Translations under genes and position numbers: made by a program
Notes under the pieces: generated by a model
Databases searched by the model: none
Seen by the model: the letters and a program-made list of their open reading frames with translations, nothing else
What the model was told of the DNA's origin: nothing
Part shown: one piece after another, positions 47,756-58,175 of the stretch
Layout of the letters: each line of letters opens with the position of its first letter
How positions within the stretch are numbered: position 1 is the first letter of the stretch
Virus record (IMG/VR): IMGVR_UViG_3300045941_000233
Span: 40,286 to 104,285 of that record
Origin: a virus
Strand: one strand, 5' to 3'
DNA length: 64,000 nt

Positions 47756-48652
47756 ATGGACGAAGCTGTTAAGACAGTGACCGCCGACGATCTGACGCCA
47801 GAGATGCGAAAGGTGATGAGAATCCTTCATGGCGGACAGCGAACGATAGTATCCATCGCCCGCGAGCTCGGCTGCCAATATCGAATCTCTGACGCCAGCG
47901 TTCGCCGGTTGAGAGATATCGGGCTTATCGAAATCGGCGAGCGGGAGATTGTTTCGCTGACTGAAGCCGGCCGCGGATTTGACCTTCAAACTTCAACCAG
48001 CAAAAAGCTTCAGAATCTGACATTCAACGCCGGAATGATGCCGAAGCAGATTGAGGCGGCCGAAAAGAAACTGGAAAGAAAGATCAACAGGGAGATAGCC
48101 CGGGCTCACAGGCGAAAAGTCGGCTTAATAGAAGAACTGGACAGGGGATTCGTCACGTCCCCGTCGATGCCTGAACTTCCTGACGATTTCGTTCAGACGG
48201 CGGCCGAAGAGTGCCGGATTGCCATCCGCCGCGGGAATTTCGATTCGCTGCACGAACTGGCCGAGGATTTCCGCGAGCGATGGGACCGGATTCGGCTGGC
48301 CATGTCGCCGCTGGCGAAGAAGCCGATTGGACTCAGGCTGGCGACTTATCTCAGCGAGTGCCAGCACCCCGACACCGGGAAATTGATCGACGTGCGGATT
48401 GTTAATGCCGTCGAAAAGGTATGTCCGGCCACGCTTGGTTCGGTTCTGGAAAATTGGCCGAATGCGTTCGCCGGCCAGGCCAACGTCGGCCAGCTAATGA
48501 TCGAATTGCTTGGCAAAGTCCTGTTGAGTGCCGGGCTCATCGACAGCGAAGAACACGACCGGCGCATGACCGATTCCGGCCTGAAGGACATACTTCGCCG
48601 CAAGAAACACCGCAAGCAGTGCGAGGAAGAATTGCGCTATGCCGTTGCTTAG
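47756..48652 (+). CDS. putative regulator: winged HTH N-terminus + RNA polymerase alpha-CTD-like domain
   Basis: SIARELG...VRRLRDIGLIE...LTEAG; IDVRIVNAVE...TLGSVL...NVGQLMIELL. Confidence 0.5.
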   Translation: MDEAVKTVTADDLTPEMRKVMRILHGGQRTIVSIARELGCQYRISDASVRRLRDIGLIEIGEREIVSLTEAGRGFDLQTSTSKKLQNLTFNAGMMPKQIEAAEKKLERKINREIARAHRRKVGLIEELDRGFVTSPSMPELPDDFVQTAAEECRIAIRRGNFDSLHELAEDFRERWDRIRLAMSPLAKKPIGLRLATYLSECQHPDTGKLIDVRIVNAVEKVCPATLGSVLENWPNAFAGQANVGQLMIELLGKVLLSAGLIDSEEHDRRMTDSGLKDILRRKKHRKQCEEELRYAVA

Positions 48653-49454
48653 CCAGGACTTTGACGCCGACCTGACGGCTATCACGGTTGGCCTGTCGCG
48701 CGACTACAAAGGGCCGCCCTACGCTTTTTCGCGGTGGGCCGACGGCGAATGGGCTGTGGCGTTTGGGAAGTACCATTACGCCCAGTCCGACGGCTGGCAA
48801 TGGAAAGACGGGCACCGCAATTTGCTTTCCGATTGCCTACTGGACTCGCTGGCTTATTGCGACCCTGGATGGTATGTCGGCATTACGTGCGAGCCACATC
48901 ACCCGCAGATTCACGCCGATCTTTTGAAGTACGTCAACGTGCCGCCGGAGCAACTGACGTTCGCCGAAGTCTTTATTTTTGCCAATTATTGGCGGTGGGC
49001 GCAGATTGATATCGCCGGCTGCCTGACCGTCGGCCCGGGCGGCGACTTCAATGTCCCAGACAATGGCGTCGAAACCGGCTGGCTGTGGCACGATCTGGCC
49101 GAAGAGATGATCGAGGAAGCCGGCGGACCGATCCTGGTTGCCGCCGGACCGCTGTCGAATGCCATTATTTACGAGTATTGGCGCCGCAGTGCTCACCGGC
49201 CGGCCTGTCGGCAAGTGATTCTGGACGTCGGCAGTGCCTTGCGGCTTACCAAGCGATCGAGGGCCGCCCCTGGCCCATACCGGGTCGTCGGCGACAGGCT
49301 GGTTCGCGTCCGCGGCCGCCGTAGCAGCATCACGCGCGAATATCAGCGGATGGAGCGGCCGGCGGCCAAGTGGCGCCCCGGCTGGAAATTGAAGCCCGGC
49401 GAGCAGCCCGGCATTCCCGGGTATGAATTGACGGATTCCGAGGGCGAGCCGTAG
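48639..49454 (+). CDS. GT-D fold (DUF1792-like) glycosyltransferase
   Basis: AFSRWADGE, ILVAAGPLSN, ILDVGSAL. Confidence 0.7.
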   Translation: MPLLSQDFDADLTAITVGLSRDYKGPPYAFSRWADGEWAVAFGKYHYAQSDGWQWKDGHRNLLSDCLLDSLAYCDPGWYVGITCEPHHPQIHADLLKYVNVPPEQLTFAEVFIFANYWRWAQIDIAGCLTVGPGGDFNVPDNGVETGWLWHDLAEEMIEEAGGPILVAAGPLSNAIIYEYWRRSAHRPACRQVILDVGSALRLTKRSRAAPGPYRVVGDRLVRVRGRRSSITREYQRMERPAAKWRPGWKLKPGEQPGIPGYELTDSEGEP

Positions 49455-49463
49455 CGTTCGGAC

Positions 49464-50588
49464 ATGGAAGTCGGCGGCCCTTATTCTGCTTTGAAGGTTT
49501 TCCACCACAGAGACCGGCTGGAACAGCTAAAGCGCGGCGAGCAGATCGTCCCGACGCAGCTTCAGATAATTCTCAGCGACCTTTGCAACCACGATTGCAG
49601 CTTTTGTTCGTATCGATGGTCCGGATACACGTCGAACGAGCTTTTTACCGCCGGCGCCGAGCTCGCCGCGTTTGGGACCAATAACCCAAACCGGATGCTG
49701 CCTTACGAGAAAGTGATCGAAGTTCTGGACGACTGCCAGGAGATGGGCGTTCAGGCGATCCAGTACACCGGCGGCGGCGAGCCGACGGTTCACCCCAAAC
49801 ACCGCGAGCTATTCCAGGCGACGATCGACCGCGGCCTGCAGTTTGCGCTAGTGTCCAACGGCGCCATTTTCCGGAAGGCGTCCGCCGACGTTCGATCGAC
49901 CGTCGATTTGCTGCTGGAAGCGGCTTGGGTGCGGTTTTCGATCGACGCCGGCAATTCGAACACCTACTCCGCCATCCGCCGCATACCGAAAACAATATTC
50001 AGGCAGGTAATCGACAACATTCAATCACTCGTTGACGCCAAGGCTGCCGCCGGCCGCGGTCCGATCATCGGAATCGGGTTTGTCGTCACAAAGGAAAACT
50101 GGCGCGAAGCGGCTCAGGCGGCCGAGCTCGCGAAGACGATTGGCGCCGACAATATTCGCATCAGCGCCGTTTTTCAGCCGGACGACGACGCCTATTTTCG
50201 GGACTTTCATCTCAATGCGGCCGCCGCGTGCCGTGAGGCCACAAAATTCGCCGACGCGAGCTTTGCTGTCTTCAATCGATTCTCGGACCGGCTAGAGGAT
50301 CTTCACGACAAGCACCCCGACTACTCGTTTTGCGGCTATCAGCAATTCAATTGCTACCTGGGCGGAGACATGTCCGTGTACCGGTGTTGCAACACGGCCT
50401 ATTCGCTGCACGGTCTCATCGGTTCGATCAAGGATCAACGATTCAAGGATTTGTGGGCGTCCGAAGTGAAGCGGCGAAAGATTGGCGACTTTGACGCCAG
50501 CGGCTGTCCGAGATGTATGTTCAATCGCGTCAATAAGACGATCAACTACGCGCTTGGCGAAAAGGCTGAGCATACGGCTTTCGTATGA
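49464..50588 (+). CDS. radical SAM protein with SPASM/twitch domain
   Basis: CNHDCSFC, TGGGEP, SNG, RFSID, C...VYRCC..IG....FKDLW...CPRC. Confidence 0.92.
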   Translation: MEVGGPYSALKVFHHRDRLEQLKRGEQIVPTQLQIILSDLCNHDCSFCSYRWSGYTSNELFTAGAELAAFGTNNPNRMLPYEKVIEVLDDCQEMGVQAIQYTGGGEPTVHPKHRELFQATIDRGLQFALVSNGAIFRKASADVRSTVDLLLEAAWVRFSIDAGNSNTYSAIRRIPKTIFRQVIDNIQSLVDAKAAAGRGPIIGIGFVVTKENWREAAQAAELAKTIGADNIRISAVFQPDDDAYFRDFHLNAAAACREATKFADASFAVFNRFSDRLEDLHDKHPDYSFCGYQQFNCYLGGDMSVYRCCNTAYSLHGLIGSIKDQRFKDLWASEVKRRKIGDFDASGCPRCMFNRVNKTINYALGEKAEHTAFV

Positions 50589-51430
50589 CGATTTACCTGA
50601 ATCCAGAAATACGATCCGGCTTGGGCGAAGATACGTTCTGGACTTGGGCCGCGAGGGAATTCCCCGGGGCGACATTCGATAGTCCGCCGGGCCGCCCGCT
50701 TAACGCCGACGAAGTTGTGCTGCAATACAGCACGCTTGGACATCCACAAAACGCCGACGACAACACGGTCGCGCTGCTTTGGGAACTTCACCCCGAGATG
50801 CGATTGCAACTCGACAGTCAGGAGTGGAACGAAGTTATCGAGCGGACCGAGCTATGTGCCGCCGGCTGCCATCGTCGCGCCGTCTCCACCCGTTTCGCTG
50901 TGCCTTTTTATGAGCGATTCGGCAAGGTCGATATCCTGCCGATTGGCGTGGACTGCGATCTATTCCAGCCACAACCGGAAAACGTCAGGCAGGCAACACG
51001 GCTCTTGTCTTGTGTTCCGAACGACGCCCGCGTCGGCTTCTGGATGGGCACCAATCACCGCATGAAGGGCAGCGATCGGCTAGTCCAGTATGCCCGCGAC
51101 AATCCGGACATTTTCTGGATCGTCGTTTGGAAGTCGAAGCGCGAGCGCGGCGAGGCGCCGGTCAATTCAAAGGAATACGTTCATGTCACCCAGGACGTGC
51201 TTGCTGGGCTGATGGCCTGCTCTGATTTCCTGCTGGCCACTGGCCGTCTGCGGCCCTGGTTCATGGTCGAGTGGGAGGCGATGGCCGCCGGCTTGCCGGT
51301 TGTCGATCTGAGCGGCCTGGAACGCGAATTCGCGCCGTCGGCAAATCCGCGACAGCAAGTGATTGAGCTTGGCTGGGACCGGAAGACGGCAAGGGAAACC
51401 TGGCTGAAATATTTGGGAATTCAAGGATGA
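50585..51430 (+). CDS. GT-B glycosyltransferase (GT4-like)
   Basis: PIGVDCDLF, MKG, EAMAAGLPVV. Confidence 0.8.
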   Translation: MTIYLNPEIRSGLGEDTFWTWAAREFPGATFDSPPGRPLNADEVVLQYSTLGHPQNADDNTVALLWELHPEMRLQLDSQEWNEVIERTELCAAGCHRRAVSTRFAVPFYERFGKVDILPIGVDCDLFQPQPENVRQATRLLSCVPNDARVGFWMGTNHRMKGSDRLVQYARDNPDIFWIVVWKSKRERGEAPVNSKEYVHVTQDVLAGLMACSDFLLATGRLRPWFMVEWEAMAAGLPVVDLSGLEREFAPSANPRQQVIELGWDRKTARETWLKYLGIQG

Positions 51431-52191
51431 CATACCGCCCGCGCATCTCCATTGCCGCCCTGATTTACCGCTCGACACGGTTCGCCGATTCGGTTTACGC
51501 ATCGCTTCAGGAATTCACGCCATGGCTTCAGGATCCAGAGGCGCGTACCCGGTTTTTCTTTGTCCTGAACGATCCAGAAAAGGGCCTGCTTGGCCACATC
51601 ATGCAAAAGGGCTATCCGTGGGTTATGCACCACGTCCCGAAGCCCTGGCTGACTGAGGATGAGCTCTTCGCGCAGGGCTACGGCACCCCCGAGTACATTT
51701 CGCGCGTTTATCGGGCGTGGAATCACGCCATCATGCACGGCGACGAAATTTGCGTCCTGGTGAATAGCGACCACATTTTTTCGCCGAACTGGCTAGAAAA
51801 CCTGATTCGGCCGCTGCTTGAAAACCCGCGGCAGTTGGTTTGCTCTCAGGCGATCGAGCTCCCGGGCTTCAACGGCGCCTGGCCGGTCGATTTCGGCCGA
51901 AAACTCGACACGTTCCGCAAGGATGAATTCCTGGAATTCGTCGAAGCAAACAAGCAGCCGGGAGTCGTGCGGCCGAGCGGGGTCTATATGCCGGTGGCGT
52001 TCTATCGCCACTTTGCCATCGGCGCCGGCCTGTACCCGGAAGGCAACCTGCACGGCGGACGGTACGACAAGATTGCCAAATTCGGCGATGCCGCGTTTTT
52101 TGAAAGAATGGAAGAAAAATACAATATCCAGCACGTTACAGCGATGGACTCCATAGTCTATCACTTTCGAGAGGCTGAGAGGCTGGAATGA
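51427..52191 (+). CDS. GT2-like glycosyltransferase
   Basis: RAWN, VLVNSDHIFSPNWLE, GD..F, VYHF. Confidence 0.7.
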   Translation: MTYRPRISIAALIYRSTRFADSVYASLQEFTPWLQDPEARTRFFFVLNDPEKGLLGHIMQKGYPWVMHHVPKPWLTEDELFAQGYGTPEYISRVYRAWNHAIMHGDEICVLVNSDHIFSPNWLENLIRPLLENPRQLVCSQAIELPGFNGAWPVDFGRKLDTFRKDEFLEFVEANKQPGVVRPSGVYMPVAFYRHFAIGAGLYPEGNLHGGRYDKIAKFGDAAFFERMEEKYNIQHVTAMDSIVYHFREAERLE

Positions 52192-52988
52192 ACACCGAAG
52201 ATACGCAGGGAATCAGAAGTAGTGTTTTACCGTCGAAGGGCAGAGTGGTTTACGAGTTCTCTGCGGACCCGAACGCAGAGTACCGTCCTGTCTTAAATTT
52301 CCCCAATTATGCTGTCGGATCGGACGGGACAGTATGGACTGCTCATGGCGGCTGGATTAAGCAGATGAAGGTCAATTCTTTCAACAAGAAATATAACGGA
52401 TGTAATCTTGTATGCGGCAGCCGAAGGAGACGGGTTTGCATTCATACGCTTGTCTTGGAGGCTTTTGTTGGCCAGCGCCCAAAAGGCATGAGTTGCCGAC
52501 ATTTAGACGGAAACGGATTTAATAATCGACTCGACAATCTAAAGTGGGGGACTCCGCTAGAGCAGTCTGGGGACCAAAAAAGACACGGGACGAATCTGAT
52601 CGGATCAAGACAAAACAAGTCCAAGCTATCTGAAGTGGACATTGCGGCAATCAAAAAAATGCTAATCGGCAATGTGCCAACAAAGGAGATTGCATTTTAT
52701 TTTGGAGTTTCCTCGAACACGATAACGAGAATCGCAAGCAACAAAACATGGAAGCACGTAAAAACGGCTCCGGTCCCTCTAAAAGACAGGGCTGGCCAGA
52801 AAGGAAGCGACCATTACGCAGCAAAAATCAGCGAAGACATTGCCAGGGAAATATTTGCCAGGTCGAGGGCCGGCGAGAGCGGCCGTTCACTTGCCATGGA
52901 GTTTGACGTTTCAAGCCAACTTGTCAGCAATATCATTCGCGGCAAAGCATGGAAACATGCAACTCGACAACTCCAAATTTCAGCATGA
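52188..52988 (+). mobile_element. free-standing HNH homing endonuclease (NUMOD4-like + HNH + two HTH repeats)
   Basis: YAVGSDGTV, HTLVLEAFVG.RP, RHLDGN..NNRLDNLKWGT; visibly more AT-rich than flanks. Confidence 0.88.
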
Positions 52989-53653
52989 GCCACCACCCGT
53001 CAGCAATTGCGATCTACGATGCCGTTCCGCGGTCTGTCCTGGCTGCCGCGAGGGAGTTCATTGAATCGCTTGGCCCTGAAAGCTTCGACGTCTATTCGCA
53101 CCCTTTCGAGCCGAAAATCCAGGTCAAAAAACAGCTTTACAACAACTTGGCGCTATGGCGGGTCGTCCTTGCGATCAATGAGCGGTTTGGCCATCTGTTC
53201 GCGCAAATGTTTGGCGATCTGCCGGCCCTGCAGCCATCCTCCAACTACTTCCGGGCGTTTTACATCTACCGCACCGGCGACTATCTGCAGAACCACATCG
53301 ACGCCGCATTCCACGACAACGAGCGGAAAGTCGTCACGGCCAATCTGTATCTGACCGACTGCGAGGGCGGGGAGTTGTTTGTTGGCGATCAAGCCATCCC
53401 GCCGGCCGCCGGCTGCCTGGTGGTCTTCGCCAATCGCGACAATGCCTATCATCGCGTCAGTCCGGTTCGATCTGGCCGCCGGATCATGCTCACCACTGGA
53501 TTTTGCATGCCGGCCGACATGTTTCCGCGGCCGGACTTCACCTGGAACAACAAAAAAGCTTGGTTCGCGCCGGCGCCAGGCGAGGAATGGACCGAAGAGC
53601 AATTCAAGATGCGAAACGAGCGAGCGGACCCGAATTGGAGGCCCGTGAAGTGA
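52985..53653 (+). CDS. 2OG-Fe(II) oxygenase
   Basis: HID, LYL, EGGEL, LVVF, YHRV, R. Confidence 0.85.
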   Translation: MSHHPSAIAIYDAVPRSVLAAAREFIESLGPESFDVYSHPFEPKIQVKKQLYNNLALWRVVLAINERFGHLFAQMFGDLPALQPSSNYFRAFYIYRTGDYLQNHIDAAFHDNERKVVTANLYLTDCEGGELFVGDQAIPPAAGCLVVFANRDNAYHRVSPVRSGRRIMLTTGFCMPADMFPRPDFTWNNKKAWFAPAPGEEWTEEQFKMRNERADPNWRPVK

Positions 53654-54108
53654 GTCGCGAGTATCGCAGCGTCAACCTTGGCGCTGGCCCCTACAAAACC
53701 CCGGGCTGGACGAATATCGACATCAATCCGGCACACAAGCCGGATATCGTGCGCGACGTCCGCCGCGGCCTGCCGTTCGACGATTCAAGCTGCGAGCACG
53801 TTCGAACGAGCCATTTTTTGGAACATCTGGCAAATGACGACATGATTTGGCTGATGGGAGAGATTTACCGGGTTTTGAAGCCCGGCGGCCACTGGCAGAT
53901 CGTCGTTCCGCTGGGCTGCACCGGCGAGCTCGACCACAAAATGCAATTCACGGAAGGGAGCTTCGATATCCTGACGCGGCCCGAGACGTCCGACTATTTT
54001 CAGCAGCCGATGCGATGGGAAGAGGTCGAAGGCATGCGCCGAGTTGAGGAAGAGCCGACGCGCAAGGGAGTCTTTTCGCTGCATTTGAGGTTGCGGGCGA
54101 TCAAATGA
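53650..54108 (+). CDS. SAM methyltransferase (Methyltransf_11-like)
   Basis: VNLGAG, NIDI, LPFDD, SHFLEH, RVLKPGG. Confidence 0.85.
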   Translation: MSREYRSVNLGAGPYKTPGWTNIDINPAHKPDIVRDVRRGLPFDDSSCEHVRTSHFLEHLANDDMIWLMGEIYRVLKPGGHWQIVVPLGCTGELDHKMQFTEGSFDILTRPETSDYFQQPMRWEEVEGMRRVEEEPTRKGVFSLHLRLRAIK

Positions 54109-54827
54109 AATGCTCGATCGTCATGGCGACACATGAGCGGCCGGAGCTCTTGGCCCGCACGCTCGACAGCATCGCCCGCCAGCGGCCGCCGTTCGAATTC
54201 GAAGTGATTGTCGTCGATGACGGTTCCGAGTCGCCGGAGATACAGCGGATTGTTACGGCGCGAGGATACGGGTATTTCCGGATCGACCGCGAGCCAGGCT
54301 ATCGCAATCCCGGTCCGGCCAGGAATTTCGGATATCGGGTTGCCCGCGGGGAAGTGGTCATCTGCCAGAGCGACGATGTAGTGCACCGGTCGGCGGACTG
54401 CATCGCAAAGCTGGTGAAACTTGTCGCAAACGACAATTTCGTCATTGCGACGGTGTTCAACGGCGACATAGACGACTGCGAGCTCCCGAACGACGTTTAC
54501 ACGTCGCCGCAAAAGCCATCGCCGCTGTTTTTCCTGGGTGCCATTCAGCGCCGGCACATCTACGCCATCGGCGGCAATGACGAAGATTTCACAGAGCCGG
54601 GCTACGACGACAACTATTTCGCGGACTGTCTCATCCAGGGCCTGGGGCTGACGCCGCTGTTCACCGACGAAGTTGTCGGAATCCACCAAAAGCATGAGCG
54701 TCCGCGACTGGTTGGCGCCTATCGCCACATGCGAGCCATTTACGAGCGGAAATTCGCCTACTCCAAAGCCAAAGGGGTATGGGTGGCGATCGGTGGCGCG
54801 TGGCCGATGGATAGGCCGACGGTTTGA
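54105..54827 (+). CDS. GT2 glycosyltransferase
   Basis: SIVMATHER, EVIVVDDGS, ARNFG, SDD, IGGNDEDF..GYDD. Confidence 0.9.
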   Translation: MKCSIVMATHERPELLARTLDSIARQRPPFEFEVIVVDDGSESPEIQRIVTARGYGYFRIDREPGYRNPGPARNFGYRVARGEVVICQSDDVVHRSADCIAKLVKLVANDNFVIATVFNGDIDDCELPNDVYTSPQKPSPLFFLGAIQRRHIYAIGGNDEDFTEPGYDDNYFADCLIQGLGLTPLFTDEVVGIHQKHERPRLVGAYRHMRAIYERKFAYSKAKGVWVAIGGAWPMDRPTV

Positions 54828-54859
54828 CGATTTGCGGGCGGCTTTTCTAGTCTCGCCCG

Positions 54860-55951
54860 ATGGACTCCGCCCCAACTGTCTCCCAGCGCATCGATCTACT
54901 ACGCGCCGCGAACCTGCTTCCCGCCGGCGGGCCGCTTCCGACGCCGCGATTTACGCCAACTGACCGATGGACTGGCCGAGTTTTCTGCGGCATTGCAAGC
55001 TTTGAGCGGCATACCAGCGACGAAGGCTGGCAGCTTCAGATTGGACTACAGCACGCCGGATATTTGCTGGCCGGAAAGAATCTTCCATTCGACGAAACCG
55101 ATATCGACGAAATAACGCTTTACGCCAAAGCCGGCACGCTGATCCTTCAGGACAAGCGCGAATGGGATCCGTCAAACGACGCTTGCATCGACAAAAGTGA
55201 GGCTTTCGAGTGCTACGAATACATGAAGGACGATTACGACGATGTTTTCAAGCTGACGATCTGTAAAGACGCGCACGCCCGGCCGGACTATCACCGCCAG
55301 GCCAGCGACGAAATCGGCTGCCACGCCTGGATTTGCTACTACCACCCCGACATTGTTTGTGCGCTGGCGCCGTGGATCCGGCGGGAGCACGTCATCCGGA
55401 CTTGGCATTCGGTCGATTCGGCCGCCGTGCCGCCGTACAACGCCGACGATCATGTCGCCGGCTGCCTGATTTCCGGGGCCGTGACTCGCGAACTGTATCC
55501 GTTCCGGACTCGAATCCGAGACGCCCATAAGGCCGGCCGTCTCAAAAGCACGGCCATCATGCACCACCCGGGCTATCACGCCCGCGGGAGCCATACGCCG
55601 CTATTCCTGAAGATGCTCAGCCGGCACAAGGTTGCCATCTGCACGGCCAGCATTTTCGGCTATGCCCTTCGCAAGATTATCGAGGCGACGGCTTGCGGGT
55701 GCCGCGTCATCACCGATTTGCCGCCGGACGAAATTCTCCCGGGCAGTATCGACGGCAATCTAGTCCGGGTTTCTCCCGACATTTCGATCGATGAGCTCGA
55801 CGCGATCGTCCAGCAAGAGATTGCGGATTATTCGCCCCATCGACAACAAAGCTATTCAGTGGCTGCCATCAATTGGTTTGACTGGCGGCGGCGCGGGGCC
55901 GAACTGGCAGAGGCTATCGAAAGGATGCGAAAGGAGTATCCAACATGCTGA
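54860..55951 (+). CDS. GT-B glycosyltransferase (CgeB/Glyco_trans_1_2-like)
   Basis: YPFR, HPGY, KVAIC, RKIIEATACG..ITD. Confidence 0.72.
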   Translation: MDSAPTVSQRIDLLRAANLLPAGGPLPTPRFTPTDRWTGRVFCGIASFERHTSDEGWQLQIGLQHAGYLLAGKNLPFDETDIDEITLYAKAGTLILQDKREWDPSNDACIDKSEAFECYEYMKDDYDDVFKLTICKDAHARPDYHRQASDEIGCHAWICYYHPDIVCALAPWIRREHVIRTWHSVDSAAVPPYNADDHVAGCLISGAVTRELYPFRTRIRDAHKAGRLKSTAIMHHPGYHARGSHTPLFLKMLSRHKVAICTASIFGYALRKIIEATACGCRVITDLPPDEILPGSIDGNLVRVSPDISIDELDAIVQQEIADYSPHRQQSYSVAAINWFDWRRRGAELAEAIERMRKEYPTC

Positions 55952-56319
55952 CGGAAGAGCAACGAAAGGCACGGATTGCGAAGCGGCGAGCCAAGCGGCA
56001 GTGGTCGATCAAGGACCGGATGGACTTCGCCCGCAAGCGACTAGGAATCACGCCGAAACTAAAAGACCAAAAACTTTCCGGCCGCCTGGCCTGCAAGCCG
56101 AAAATCGTCAGTGTTCGCCGCAAGGTTTTCGGGTTGTTCAAAGTTGGAAAGAGAGGCGAGCCGGAGCTTGTTGAGAAAGTCGCCGCGCCGACGATGGCCG
56201 CGGCCGTTCCGATACTCGCCGACGGTTACGGAATAAATATAAATCCACACAAGATTCGCCGGCACATACACCGAACGGAGGGCGGATATTTCTGCCTGCA
56301 AATCCTATGGAAAAGCTAA
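55945..56319 (+). CDS. basic hypothetical protein
   Basis: AAGGAG SD; K/R-rich. Confidence 0.55.
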   Translation: MLTEEQRKARIAKRRAKRQWSIKDRMDFARKRLGITPKLKDQKLSGRLACKPKIVSVRRKVFGLFKVGKRGEPELVEKVAAPTMAAAVPILADGYGININPHKIRRHIHRTEGGYFCLQILWKS

Positions 56320-56590
56320 CCGAAATGGATTTGGCGGAAATTTTCACGACCACGCGGCAGGACCATCCTGGCCGCCGGTCCGCTGGCGTGCGCTCCGCAA
56401 AAAAAGGAATCCGGGCTGCAAGGCAGCGTCCGCCCAAGCCGCCGGACGAAAGCCTGAGTAAGTGGCACCGTCGGATGGTAGCCGCGGGGCTGAAAAAATG
56501 AGCCGCAAAAAAGCCCGAGCCAGAAAGCCACCCAAATCACAGGTTCCGCCGAATCCAGGTCCGATTTTTCTAATACAGGGGATTAGTTCC

Positions 56591-56878
56591 ATGGACTTCA
56601 AGATCGAAATTCCGCCAACAACATCGGGCAAAGTCGCCAACGGTGAATTGACCGTAACAGTTGCCGGCGGGCAGTCGCATGTCTTCATCACCGCCAAAAC
56701 GCAATCGGAAGTCATCGCTCCGGTGTTTGTCGGCGAGGATGGCCAGTTTGTTGATGCGTCGTTCGTCTATGTGAGCACTCGCGGAGTCAAATCCGAAGTG
56801 CCGGCGACGATCCACCATGAACTGGTTGACATGTCACCGCCGCCGAACCCCGGTCCGATCCGTTTGGTTTTGGTCTAG
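56591..56878 (+). CDS. small beta-domain protein, paralog of the C-terminus of the next gene
   Basis: NGEL.....AG, ASF.Y.S.RG.KS..P.T shared. Confidence 0.6.
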   Translation: MDFKIEIPPTTSGKVANGELTVTVAGGQSHVFITAKTQSEVIAPVFVGEDGQFVDASFVYVSTRGVKSEVPATIHHELVDMSPPPNPGPIRLVLV

Positions 56879-56887
56879 CCAGTCGCA

Positions 56888-58171
56888 ATGTTCATTCCCA
56901 AGCCTTGCCGATGTCTCTTGCCGCGCGGCATTGAAGCGATGCCGCCGGCGCGTGTTCCGTTGTCTGCCGACAACATCCCGGCCCTCAGTAGCTTGCCAGG
57001 GGCCAGGTACAAGCTTTTTTTGAGCATGGAGGGGCTGTCACTGCCGGCCTGGGGATTCTATACGGACGTGAACACCCCGCCGTTTGATTTGGCCGGAGAT
57101 TCGTCGGTCGTTCAGCAGATTTGGGAAAGGGTGGCAGAGGATTACGCGCCTTTCAATCTGGACGTGACGACGATCAACCCCGGGCCAAGCCTGGACGTCG
57201 CCGTAATCTCGATTGGCGGATCGTGGTCTGATTGGTATGGGAGCTCCGCCGGCGGAGTGGCGTTTACTGGCGGGTACAGACAAAACTCGCTCAGCATGAA
57301 AACCGGCTTTGTCTTTTCCCGCAATCTCGGCAGCGATGCGAAATATATTGCCGAAGCTGCCGCGCATGAGGCTGGCCATTTATTCGGACTGCAGCATCAA
57401 GCCCTTTGGAATGGGACAACGCTGGCGGCCGCATATCACCCTGGCAATGGCGAATGGGCGCCGCTGATGGGTGTCGGATACTACGCGGTCCGCACGACAT
57501 GGCACAACGGCGCCACGTCAGCGGGTCCGTTTGTGCTCCAAGACGATCTTTCCATCCTGTCGAAAAACGTATTCGGACTGCGGACAGACGACGCGGGAGA
57601 TTCGATCAACAAGGCCGTCGATTTGCCGGTATCCGGAAATCGGCTGTCGGCTTCCGGCCGGCTGAATACTTCAGACGACCGCGACTTGTGGCGATTCGCC
57701 TGCGGCTATGGGCCGTGCGACATAACGCTCGCCGGATCGTTCGGGACCAATACCGATTTGGTGTTAGAGATTCGCGACCCAGACTGGAACTTGATTTCTG
57801 TCGCCTCGCCTGCCGAATCGTACAGCGCCAGAATCGCCACCGATCTTCTGCCCGGCGTTTATTTCCTGGTCGCGTCCAGCACAGGGGGCTACGGAAACCT
57901 CGGCCAGTACACACTCAGCGGCACGATACCGCCCGAGTCCGCGGAGAGAGTTAATTTCGGAATTGAATGGCCAGACGATGGGGTGCTCTTGAACGGAGAA
58001 TTAGCAATCAATATCGCCGGCCAGCAGTCGGTTATTGCTACATTCCCCGGCCAGCGCGGAGTTACCGGCCTATCCGGACAGAAATTCAGCCCCCTTGGGG
58101 CGTCGTTTGCGTATCTCAGCAAGCGCGGCACAAAATCGCCAAACCCGAGCACGTTGAGCGCAATTCTTTAG
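56888..58171 (+). CDS. zinc metalloprotease with PPC-like domain
   Basis: LSSLPGA, QIWERVAEDYAPFNLDVTT, HEAGHLFGLQH, PLMG, DDAGD, DRDLWRF, GQYTL. Confidence 0.85.
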   Translation: MFIPKPCRCLLPRGIEAMPPARVPLSADNIPALSSLPGARYKLFLSMEGLSLPAWGFYTDVNTPPFDLAGDSSVVQQIWERVAEDYAPFNLDVTTINPGPSLDVAVISIGGSWSDWYGSSAGGVAFTGGYRQNSLSMKTGFVFSRNLGSDAKYIAEAAAHEAGHLFGLQHQALWNGTTLAAAYHPGNGEWAPLMGVGYYAVRTTWHNGATSAGPFVLQDDLSILSKNVFGLRTDDAGDSINKAVDLPVSGNRLSASGRLNTSDDRDLWRFACGYGPCDITLAGSFGTNTDLVLEIRDPDWNLISVASPAESYSARIATDLLPGVYFLVASSTGGYGNLGQYTLSGTIPPESAERVNFGIEWPDDGVLLNGELAINIAGQQSVIATFPGQRGVTGLSGQKFSPLGASFAYLSKRGTKSPNPSTLSAIL

Positions 58172-58175
58172 AGGC

